Program-made: the position numbers and the translations under genes
Assembly (NCBI RefSeq): GCF_009914755.1
Contig: NC_060928.1
DNA length: 64,000 nucleotides
Strand: one strand, 5' to 3'
From: the human T2T-CHM13v2.0 reference genome, Homo sapiens
Shown: positions 15,156 through 27,444 of the stretch, one piece after another
How positions within the stretch are numbered: position 1 is the first letter of the stretch
Layout: every line of letters starts with the position of its first letter
The notes under the pieces: model-generated
Databases searched by the model: none
What the model saw: the letters and a program-made list of their open reading frames with translations, nothing else
Told to the model about the DNA's origin: nothing

Positions 15156-16273
15156 ATACATAAATGTTACAGAATGCCTCATCTCTTTTTTGTTTATTTC
15201 ATTTTTGCTTTTGTTTTTCATATTTACTTCATAAATTTTGGTCTATGCTTTTCAATCAGTGATCTGAAGGGAAGATTTACGTATGAAACTGGTCAAAAAT
15301 CCAAACTTATTTGTTGTTATTTTAGTATAAAAGGAAAATTCTAAATAACTGTAGCCAGATTACAGGCACATTCGATTTTAGCTCCAAGTCAAAGTGAACC
15401 AGAATATGTATCATGGTATGTCCAGAAAGGGATACCTTGTAAGTTGCCTTTTGTGCCCTGTTGCAATCAAGTTCTGTATACGGGTACTATGAGCACACTA
15501 TAAAAATGTGTCACACATGCACAAAAGTATGTAAAGAACCATAAGATCTACTTCTTATGGAAGAATACTATAATATTCCAACTCACTTCTTGCTTCACTC
15601 CTCCTTTAAAACCCAACTCCTTTGTTTCCATCTGGAGTATTTTATGAGGCAATTTCATAGCCTATACAGAAATTCATATCAGGTTTCCTGAATTCATAGG
15701 AAGTTTGGAGAACATTCCCAAGGAGTAAAGGCAACAAATCAAGTTCACAAATGGATTGAAGTTGATAGAAAATAAATAGAAAGTCCTACACCATTTGTAG
15801 GATAGGATAGTGACACATATTGAGATGAGCAGCTAAGCTGTGAATAGAAGCTCACTTATTTCTAAATAGATGGTTTGGATTTATGCTTTGTTTTCTATTG
15901 ATCAAGTGTTGTGATAGTTGTGAAAACCACTTAAGTCCCAAGGCATTTTCAAAATGTAATCTGAGTAGGAAAGTTCAACTTAAATATAACCATTATTAGC
16001 CTGAGGATACAACCATTAGGCAGAATGGCATCACATCAGTAATATTCACTTGATGAGCACCAATGGATTAATTCTATAGATACAGCATTTTGCTCTCATC
16101 TCAATAGTATTTGTATGAAATTTCCAAGCTCCAACCCCTTACAAGGTCACCATTAAGCTGAGGAACTTCAGTCTTCCAAAATATCTTCTGCAATCACACA
16201 CCACAGAATGTTTTGACTGCATGGTACAGAGACTATCTTTGTAAATCACCAATGCCAACGTAGATTGCTGATA

Positions 16274-16605
16274 TTTTCTTTTTTTTAAATTTATTTATTT
16301 ATTTATTTTTTTATTATACTTTAAGTTTTAGGGTACATGTGCACCTTGTGCAGGTTAGTTACATATGTACACATGTGCCATGCTGGTGCGCTGCACCCAC
16401 TAACTCGTCATCTAGCATTAGGTATATATCCCAATGCTATCCCTCCCCCTCCCCCCCACCCCACCACAGTCCCCAGAGTATGATATTCCCTTTCCTGTGT
16501 CCATGTGATCTCAATGTTCAATTCCCACCTATGAGTGAGAATATGCGGTGTTTGGTTTTTTGTTCTTGCGATAGTTTACTGAGAATGATGATTTCCAATT
16601 TCATC
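16274..16605 (-). mobile_element. L1PA2-like 3' end, 5'-truncated (~330 bp)
   Basis: Minus strand reads GCTAGATGACGAGTTAGTGGGTGCAGCGCACC (GAG, not the L1HS-Ta ACA); G-rich tract and poly-A present. Confidence 0.92.
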
Positions 16606-18136
16606 TGTTCTAACATTATAGGTTTGCCTTTGAACGACTATGAAAACACAGTTGAACGCTTAGCACATGATCTAGTCAAAATGTCTCTTACTTTTCTTCT
16701 TCATTTTTTTCCTAACTGGAAAGAGCTTCATCTACTTCAAAATGAATCCTAAGATATGTTCTTGAGTAAAATAATCCAGCATATTTTATTTTCTTCCCAC
16801 ATTTATGTTGATACATATCTTTTAAAAGACAGAATTAAAGTAAGTCCGTCTAATTATTTTTTATCATTTGCACCTTTGTGTCAATGAACATATTTGTCAC
16901 TTTCCCCTCTAGCAAAATGACATCATCCAACCCTGAACTCCTATGTGAGCTTATGCTGAAAAGCAAGTTCAAAAAATAGTGCTGTGTTAAATATATATTG
17001 TATTTCACATGCTTATAAAAATCATAACCACTTCTAGAGACCACTTGGTTTCATTTTTCCTTCCATCTGATATTATCTCACATCTGTGGAAAAGGGAGTG
17101 AAAAACACCTTGCTTGGCAATAGAAAATTGTAGAAACCTTTTTGGAATGGAGGATACAATATGAAAATAGAAAAATTGGTCTTAGGGGCAATTCCAACTA
17201 GAATTGGAGTTCTGGGAGGATGTGAGCTAATGTAACCATTTTAGAGCTATTGCACACATTTCTGTTTATGAAACTCAGTTGGTGCCTCATGAGAACAGTA
17301 TCATCTATAGTTCTCCATAAAGATATTTGAAATTTTACTTCTACAATAACCTGTATTCTTACCTTTTGTGTCTCTCTTTTAAGCTTTAAAGTGTAGTCAT
17401 GCTTTCTTGTGACTCACTGAAGCAAAGAAATCCCCCTCTCTCCCTGTAGGTTCTTTAAGCAGGTATGTAAAAAATGAGCGAATCAGCAGTCTTCCATGGG
17501 CAGTTGTACTCACTATCATGCCAGTGCTAAGGCACCCACAGTTTATAGGGAAATGTACTTAAATACCAGATGAACAAGAGCTGGACAAGATACCTCTGTT
17601 CGAGTTCTCTGAGAAGGTGGGATGTATTCTACTGATTGCTTTTTACCAATATCTTCCTCTGATCTAAAATCTGTACTTGTGTTTATGATCAAAACTGCTA
17701 TCCAATCAAAATATGTTCTATAGATTTTTCTCAGTAAGAATAAAGTTCTGTTTACCCTAAAGTTTCTGTGAAACACAAGTTCTAAAACCACATTAACATT
17801 TCCTTCTGTGCTTGTTACTTTTTCACTATGAGCACCAATACCAGGCAGAGAAAAAAAGAAAAACACATACGGAAGAAAAAAGAAAAAAACTGCAAGGTAA
17901 CTTGTAGAAAATATCTTCCATGTAAAAACGGCCTCCATTTCCATGATTTTTTTGAATTTTTTTTTCATCACCATCCCAGAAGATACTTACAAGTAGAATC
18001 AAATTTGAATTGGCTTGGAATGTATTTAAAATGTGTTGTATCCAAGCCTCATAAAATGCAAAGCTACTGTTACACGAAAGCATGGGAGTGGGGGAAGATG
18101 GGCAGTTGCTTCTTCTGAAAATATTTGCAGAACTTG

Positions 18137-18146
18137 TGCTGAGTCA
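18137..18146. promoter_or_regulatory. ARE/NF-E2 (Maf:CNC)-type motif TGCTGAGTCA
   Basis: Exact 10-mer match in non-repetitive sequence; motif only, no functional evidence. Confidence 0.25.
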
Positions 18147-19142
18147 ACAAAATTTCGCAGTACTATGTGAAATGGTGATTGTTAAAATTAGGAGGAAAAG
18201 CATTAGAAGAAGCCTTATGAGTCAGATGTAGGGCACAGAGAGAAAAAAGGCAAAGTGGGATATTCCTTTCTTCCTGAGTGTCCTTTCCCACCAATTCATA
18301 GTGCAAGCTCCACCTCCCTACTTTCTCTACTGCTATTACAACATGGATACTAACTATTTTGTTTCTATAATAAGTAGACAAATATTTCATTTACACTATC
18401 ACAGCAAGCAAGGTGACCTGCTTCAAAACATGTTTTGTGAAATCACAGATATTGCCTGGGTTTATTGCCTTTTAGCTTACTGTACATAAAAGCAATATTA
18501 ATCCCAAAGTATCAGCATTCTGAATTTTTTTTCCATTTCTTAATAGTGAATTGGTATGGAGTATTTCCAACATAGCTTTGGAGAATATATGGTCAGAGCT
18601 TTGGGTGTAGATTTGAGATCTCAGAATAGATATGACCAACCTCTGAGTTCAACACCACCTGCAGATGTGCTTCGGTTTTGCAGCCATGCTGCATGGAGTA
18701 GAATTTAAGCCCATTCATTTGTTCACAAAAGCAGATTCAAAACACCTTTCAAAGGAGACTCTTTGAGTTGTCTACAGGCATTCGCTTAGATTTTTTTTCA
18801 CTTTCTCTTCAAAATAAAGCTCCTGCATAAATGTCTTTGAAGGCATATGACTGTATGTTTAGCTAGCAATAAGAAAAGGGTCACGTTCCAGGCTCCTGAC
18901 ATTGAATACAACTTAGAACAGATCATTACTCAATGTTTATTAAAAGCACTAATATAGAACAAATACTCAGAAGGATTATTTCAAGAATTCACTTCCAAAT
19001 ACTGTAAACTACGCCTGGTCAAGCCCTCATGGCTAAAGTTTGGTCTTCATATTGTTCTCTCAGGAACCAACTTTCAAGAATGGTTCTTTGGAGTGAGCTC
19101 GAAGACACATGTTGCATATACCACATCAGCTCTTTGGTTTTG

Positions 19143-19170
19143 CAGAAGAAACTAAGAGCTCTTTTCTCAG
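19143..19170 (+). repeat. 28-bp exact direct repeat, copy 1
   Basis: CAGAAGAAACTAAGAGCTCTTTTCTCAG, identical to 20938-20965. Confidence 0.95.
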
Positions 19171-19174
19171 AAGA

Positions 19175-19300
19175 GCTAGTGGTTAAAAAAACAGGAGTCT
19201 GTGACTAGACTGCCTAGGTGAATCCTGGCCTGGCCCCTCACTAATTTGGTAACCTTGAGAAGGCTTCTTAAGTCCTATGGCTCTCTTTCCTGATCTAGTC
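19175..19300 (+). mobile_element. MIR remnant
   Basis: TAGTGGTTAAAAAAACAGGAGTCTGTGACTAGACTGCCTAGGTGAATCCTGGC...GTAACCTTGAGAAGG. Confidence 0.7.
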
Positions 19301-19368
19301 CTTTGTAGACTATTATGAACCCCAGGTGGAGAAAGCCTAAGTAGTTTCACAATGATAATGGGGGAAAT

Positions 19369-19630
19369 TGCATTAGTCGAGGTCCTTTGGTTTTAAATAA
19401 GACAATCTGATTTGGGCCAATTTAGATCAAAAGGGAAGTTATGGGATTATCTCAGCGAATTGGAGGGAATGTTGAACAACCTAACCTGAAGAGGAATAGG
19501 AAGCAGACCTTCCTGAGGGGTCTCAGCAGCAGGAAACTGACTTTCCTGAGCACACCATTGACACCATGCTGAACACAATGATCCCCAGTGGCTGGGTAGT
19601 TCTGTTCAAAATTCCAACTGCCAAGCCAAG
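19369..19630 (-). mobile_element. old MaLR/ERVL LTR fragment (MLT1J/K/L-like, uncertain)
   Basis: Begins TGCATTAGTCGAGGTCCTTTGGTT..., like the antisense end of old MLT1 LTRs. Confidence 0.4.
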
Positions 19631-19899
19631 AAAACCTACTGAGCATCACTACATGAGAGGTACTATGCTGAGAACTTGAGATGCATCTGTGAAACTGCTA
19701 GGCATAAATCCAGGTTCACAGTTTAACTGGACACTCAGTGTGTAGAATAGTGTCTGGCCAATATATTTTTGTTGAATGAGTGAATGAGTGAGTGAGTGAA
19801 TGAACAAATGGATACAGGCATTTACCACATAGCGTACTCTGGATCACAATGGATAAATTATAGGGTAATATGCAGGCATTTAGGAGAGACCCATACCAC

Positions 19900-20762
19900 A
19901 AAACATTTTTATCTGCTCCTCTTCATAGCCAAACTTTTTAAAGTGTTGTCTTTATTTCTTTCTCTCTTGCTCACTCTTCAAACAACTTGTATTATTTTCA
20001 CCTCATCACTTCATAAAAAAGTGCATTTGTCAGGGTAACTAATGACCTCCTGTTACCAAATTTAACAGGTAATTTTCCACCTGTATCTTACACAAATTTT
20101 CAGTTGTATGTGCCATAGTAAGCCACTCATTCTCTTTTGAAATGTCTACTTTTCTGTAGAACCACAGTCTCAAATTTTCACCTACTTCAGAAGACACTTT
20201 ATGTCAAATAAGAACACTTGCTGGTTCTCCCTTCCCTCTCCAACCTCTAAATATTGGTTTTCCTCAGGGTTTAGCCTTAGACATGCTTTTCTCTCCTTCT
20301 TCTCTTTTCTCCTCCTCCTCCTCCTTCTTCTTTCTCTCTCATACCTCCCCACCGCCCAACATCTTTCCTCCTCCATCCTTGTTCATATATATTTCCTTCA
20401 TAGGTAATCTCACCTAATGCTATGGCCTTAAATACCACTTTTATTCTGAATCTTACATTTTTCACTTGCTTAGAATATTCTCCCTTTAACATTTTTAATT
20501 GCTTGCATTTTCTCATCCTTCTAGTCCTTCAAATCTTAGGTTATATTGTAACATCCTTATTGGTTGTTACAGGCAGCACTGATCACAGTCACTGAATATT
20601 CCCTCTATTTGGTTTACTCACTTTGTCACCTGATTCTACCACTAGCCTATAAGCTCTCCAAAGCAGGAGCCATTCCAAACTTCATCACTGTATCCTCAGC
20701 CTCTGTCATAGGCCTGACACTTAGTAGACCTTCAGTCAACATTTGTCTAAAGAATGACTGAT
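19900..20762 (+). mobile_element. L2 LINE remnant (another L2 3' tail at about 19730-19810)
   Basis: CAGGGTAACTAATGACCTCCTGTTACCAAAT...; 3' end GGCCTGACACTTAGTAGACCTTCAGTCAACATTTGTCTAAAGAATGA. Confidence 0.75.
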
Positions 20763-20937
20763 ATCTAACCAGACCTCAGTGGTATTCCACATAGGTATCT
20801 ACAGGAAGAAGCTAATGTAAGCCTGAAAGAAAATTAAGAATATCTAGTTGCCCCATGGAGGGTGGAGAATAAAGAAAAGACTGTTCTATTACAGGTAGAA
20901 GATGCAACATGTGCAAAGGCTTTAGGCAGAGTGTTTA

Positions 20938-20965
20938 CAGAAGAAACTAAGAGCTCTTTTCTCAG
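20938..20965 (+). repeat. 28-bp exact direct repeat, copy 2
   Basis: Identical to 19143-19170. Confidence 0.95.
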
Positions 20966-21574
20966 GGGTATATACGGGGATACTGTGGATGGGTTGGCAG
21001 GTGTCTCATTTTAAACTAGTTGGTACATTATTTCAGTGTTTTAGCTTATATCGGTTTAAAATCTTTTCATGGACACACATCTGATTATTACTTCTCATAA
21101 TTACATGGTTGCTTATTCTTAATTTCCAATTGATACTTAATCAGTAGTGTCTTACAATTCAGGTTTTAGGCCCTTCTATAAAGTACTTTATCATCTGTAA
21201 ACAAACCTTTGAGGATATGTTGCTTTAAGGGGTCTTGTGATCACATTACAAAAGGAGGAAATCTTTATGAATGCAAAAAAAAAATTATCCTTTAAATGAG
21301 TGGATACAATTCCCAGATAGTAATTTAGTTTGACATTGTAATTAATAAAGTGTAAAGCTTCTATGTGGAAGAATGATAGATATCTATATTTTTTCATCCT
21401 TTCAGCAAAAGGATAGAGAGAAACACAGGAGGAAAAATGATGGAGGCTGAAAGAGATATGATACACTGAAAGTCATATTACAGATAAGGATTTATATTTT
21501 TGTAACAACAGTAAGTTATTAAATAATTTGAAGATTTTCAAGTGTATTTTTGAAATAATTATTGATTTGACTAC

Positions 21575-22383
21575 CGCATTAATTTCCTAGGGCTGCCATG
21601 ACAAAATACCATGGACTGAGTGGCTTAGACAACAGAAATTCATGATCTCACAGTTCTGGAGCCCAGAAGTCTGAAATGAGGGTCTCAGCAGAGTTGGTTC
21701 CTTCTGAGGGCCGAAGGAAATGTGTTAGTCTGTTCTCACATTGCTATAAATAACTACCTCAGACTGGGTAATTTATAAAGAGAAGAGGTTTAATTGGCCG
21801 ACGTTCCCACAGGCTGTACAGGAAGCATGACTGGGAAGGCCTCAGGAAACTTGCAATCCTGGCGGAAGGCTAAAGGGAAGCTGGTGCATCTCACATGGCC
21901 AAAGCAAGAGGAAGAGAGAGCAGGGGCGGGTGCTACACACTTTTAAACAGCCAGATCTTCTGAGAACTCACTCACTAACATGAGAACAGCAAGGGGGAAA
22001 TACACCCCCATGATCCAATCACCTCCCACCAGCCCCTCCTCCAACATTGGGGATTACAATTCAACATGAGATTTGGGCACGGACACAAATCCAAACCATA
22101 TCAGGAAGCATCTATTCCAGTCCTCTCTCCTTGCCTTGTAGATGGCTCTTTTGCCTAGGTCTCTTCATATCTTCTTCCCTCTACATTTTCTCTGTATCCA
22201 AATTTTCTCTTTTTATAAAGTTATCAATCATATTGAATTGAAGTCTATGCTAATAACCTCATTTTAACTTGATTACCTCTATAAAGACCCTGTCTCCAAA
22301 TAAGGTTACATTCTGAGGTACTGGAATTTAGGACTTCAACATATATGACAGGGAATTTGAGGAGACAAATTCAGCCCGTATCA
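21575..22383 (-). mobile_element. MLT1B-like MaLR solo LTR, split by MSTA
   Basis: CATTAATTTCCTAGGGCTGCCATGACAAAATACC... resumes at 22104 and ends ...AATTCAGCCCGTATCA; 5-bp TSD ACTAC/ACTAT. Confidence 0.85.
21721..22103 (-). mobile_element. MSTA MaLR solo LTR nested in MLT1B
   Basis: TGTGTTAGTCTGTTCTCACATTGCTATAAA...GGACACAAATCCAAACCATATCA; 5-bp TSD GGAAA/GGAAG. Confidence 0.9.
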
Positions 22384-22518
22384 ACTATCGTGTGGAGAAT
22401 GGATTGTGGGGAAGAGTTGAGTTGGAGGCAAAAAGATCACTTAGGAAAGCAGTAAGCAAAACAGGTGAGAAATGCTGTGGGTAAACCTTGGATCTTGGAC
22501 ATGGAAGTATAAGAATAC

Positions 22519-22746
22519 AGTCTGGGAAACACAGTGAGACTCTGTCTCTCCAAAAATAAAATTTAAAAATTAGCAGAGCATGGTGATGTGCACTTATAAT
22601 CCTAGCTACTCTCAGGAGGCTGACATGAGAGAATTGCTTGAGCCCAGGGGTTTGAAGCTGCAGTGAGCTATGACCGTGTCACTGTACTCCAACTTGAATA
22701 ACAGAGTGAGAGACCCTGTCTCCAAAAAAAAAAAAAAAAAAAAAAA
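22519..22746 (+). mobile_element. AluJ, 5'-truncated
   Basis: End of left arm, A-rich linker, J-type right arm (TTGAGCCCAGG, GAGCTATGA, GACCCTGTCTC) and poly-A. Confidence 0.88.
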
Positions 22747-23034
22747 GTATTTCTACAGGTCTCCAGCACAGATAACTCTGTGGATATTGGCACCATTCAC
22801 AATATGCAGAATACAGAAGGGTTTGAAGATAATAATTTTTTTTTAGCTATGTTGACTTTTAGGTGCCTAGAAAATAGTCATGCAAAGATGACCAAGAAAA
22901 TTAGGTCAGCATATGAGCTGGAAATCACTGAGTTACAACTTAGATTATTTATTTCCTGCCTTTTTTCTTCCCTACAATAAGCATTTAGGACATAATTAGT
23001 TTGTTGAGTATTGTTTTAGTGGCATCTCACAAGT

Positions 23035-24050
23035 TGTGATATTCAGCAAACTTATACAGAACACCTACTATGTGCCAGGCACTATCTGACCCCTTAGGAA
23101 TTTCTCAATGCATAAACCAATAAAAGATCTCTGCCCTCATTCCTATTGAGGGAGACACAGAATTACCTATAAATGTATGATAAATATGTCAAGTGTATGC
23201 TACAACAGCAAATGACAAAAGTTATTTTAAAAGATTAATTCAATCAGGTAGGTGGGATCAGGAGCGTCACAAGGCCTGGGAGTGTGGGGGAGGTTACAAG
23301 ATTAAATAGGTTTTTAATGGAGTCTCAAGAGAGAGAAATTTTAGAAAAGACTTGAAGACAGTGAGGTGATTTACCACAGGGGTTCTAGAGTTAAGAAAGT
23401 TCTAGGCAGAGGGTCAAGCTAAAGCACAGTTCCTAAGACTACCATATGCCTGATGCATTCTAAGGACCAGCAAAGAGGCTGCAGTAGAGTAAGAAGCAGG
23501 TAGAGTAGTAGGATGGGAGAGTGCAAAGGTGATGGAGCAAAAGACCACGTAGAGCTGGATATGCCACTGTAAAGCTTTCCTTTTGAGAGAAAGGCATGGC
23601 AGGGTTACGACAAGCAGTGACATGATCCAACTTACCATGTAAGGGATTGTGTTGGCTGCAGTGTTGAGAATAGACTACAGTGGGCCAAGAGAAGACCTAT
23701 TATAAGGCTAATGTAGAGAAGATAGTGGCTTACACTAGGGCAACTGCAGAGTAGGTGGTGAGAACTAGTTTTATCTGGGATGTACTTTTAAGGGTAGTGT
23801 CCTCAGGATTTCCTCACGATTGGAGACAGGTTTAAGAGAAAGAGGAGAAAAAAATTATTTCAAGTCTTTTGGCCTAAAACCATAAAGATAGGGAAACAAT
23901 AGGTAGAGCAAGTCTGCTAGTGGGAAGTCAGAGGTTCACTTTTAGCTATACTGTGTTTGAGATGTCTATGAATCAGTCAAATGGATATGCTGAGTGGGCA
24001 ACTAAATAAACAAGCATATGGCATTTAGAGTAAAGATCTTTAATGTAAAA
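23035..24050 (-). mobile_element. L2a remnant
   Basis: ATTCAGCAAAC...ACACCTACTATGTGCCAGGCAC start; purine-rich antisense L2 body (GAGAATAGACTACAGTGG; TTTGAGATGTCTATG). Confidence 0.8.
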
Positions 24051-25095
24051 TTGAGATTTGTAAAATTTACTTGTAATGTGACCACAGAATTTGATCTTTC
24101 ATTTATTGAATATTTTAGATTGTTTGACACTCCCTTTATGACCTATTATATGATCATTTTATAAATGTTTCATTCATACTTGAGAAGAATGCATACTCTC
24201 TATTGGTTGTTTACCTTGATATCATTACAAATTTTTAATCTACATGACCTATCAACAATTACCCTTTCTTTCATTAAGACCTTGAGGATTTTGAGCAGAC
24301 AATTTATGTATCAGATTATTACATTATATTTAGTTTGGGAAATGCAAATTTTCCTTATTCGTTCTATGGCTAAACTCCCTATTATGGTGGTTTGTTAGTC
24401 GTGGTTGTGAATTACTTTCAGCGAACTTGCATTCAGAAGATGTTGTTTTCCTTGCAAATCCTATATGCCGTATGTAATATAAGAAGGTGTAGAAGCCATT
24501 TTTTTGCTTGAGTTTGACAGGATATTCTCAGTTTCACTACCCAAGAGTAATTAGTCCTTCTAAGATTTTTCTGTTTTCAAGTTTTGTCGCATTCCTCTTG
24601 AATCCTCACCCTTCTGTTAGGCCCTTCTGTGAACTTTTAGATCCAGATAAGAAATACACTGTTAGGTAGACTAATAAAGGAAAAAGAGAAATCCAAGTAA
24701 ACACATTCAGAAATGGCAAAGGGGATGTTACCAGTGAACCCACAGAAATACAAAAAGATCTTGAGACTACTATGAACAACTCTATGCACACAAGCTAGAA
24801 AATCTAGAAGAAAAGGATAAATTCCTGAACACATATAACAACCCAAGACTGAACCAAGAAGAAATTGAATCCCTGAACAACCCCATAATTAGTTACAAAA
24901 TTGAATCAGTGATAAAAAGCCTGCCAACCTGGAAAATCTCAGGACAAGACATATTCACAGTCAAATTCAACCAAATATATAAAGAAGAGTTGGTACCATT
25001 TCTACTGAGAGTTTTCCAAATAATTGAGGAGGAAAGATTCCACTCTAACTCATTTTGAGATCAGCATCATTCTGATACCAAAACCTGACAGAGAC

Positions 25096-25096
<1 letters not shown>

Positions 25097-25132
<36 letters not shown>
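25097..25132 (+). repeat. (CAA)12 microsatellite
   Basis: Perfect trinucleotide run inside the L1. Confidence 0.95.
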
Positions 25133-25782
25133 AAGAAAGTCTCAGGCCAATATCCTTGATTAACACAGATGCAAAAGTCCTCCACAATATATTAGCAAAC
25201 TGAACCCAGCAGCACTCAAAAAGCTTAGCTAGCGGGATCAAGTAGGCTTTATACCTGAGATGCAAGGTTAGTTCAACAAGTGCAAGTCAATACATGTAAT
25301 TCATCCACATAAACAGAACTAAAAGCAAAAACCACATGATCACCTCAATAGATGCAGAAAAGGCTTTCAATAAAATTCAACATCCATTCATGTTAAAAAA
25401 ATCCTTAAAAGAACCTGACATTGGAAAAACATACTTAAAATAATAACTACCTATGACAAACCCACAGCCAATATCATACTGACTGGGCAAAGGCTGGAAG
25501 CATTACCCTTGAAAACTGAAAAAAAAACAAGGATTGCTTCTCTCAACACTACCATTCAACATAATATTGGAAGCCCTGGTCAGAGCAATCGGGCAAGGGA
25601 AAGAAATAAAAGGCAGCCAAATAGGAAGAGAGAAAGTCAAACTATCCCTGTTTACAAACGCTATAATTCTATACCCAGAAAACCCTATAGTTTCTGTGCA
25701 AGAGCTTCTTGATCTGATAAAGAACTTCAGCAAAGTCTCAGGATATGAAATCAATGTACAATATTCAGCAGCACTCCTATAG

Positions 25783-27200
<1,418 letters not shown>

Positions 27201-27444
27201 AGAGTCATCCTGAGGAAGATATTTAAAAAAAAGAAGTCCACCCAGGGATCTACTGTTGGAGTTTATGATTATCAAGAAATGGATCAGAAATTTTTACTTA
27301 CAAAAAGCATCCTAGGTAATTTCAGTGATCTGAATTTGGAAAATTCTGATCTTTTGTTGTTGTAATACATCTTTATTCTAGACCTAAAAAATACTGCATG
27401 AGATTTTAATACATGATGGCAAAGATTCAGATAAAAAAAAAAAA
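27201..27444 (+). other. L1 3'-transduced segment (~230 bp non-L1 DNA plus second poly-A)
   Basis: Lies between the L1 tail and a second A run (27433-27446), inside the TSD AACATAGTCC (25816-25825 / 27445-27454). Confidence 0.85.

Noticed and set aside
17543-17974. 143-aa minus-strand ORF, the longest outside repeats
   Set aside because: Its Phe/Lys runs come from A/T homopolymers; no recognisable domain and no coherent exon structure. Consistent with a chance ORF.
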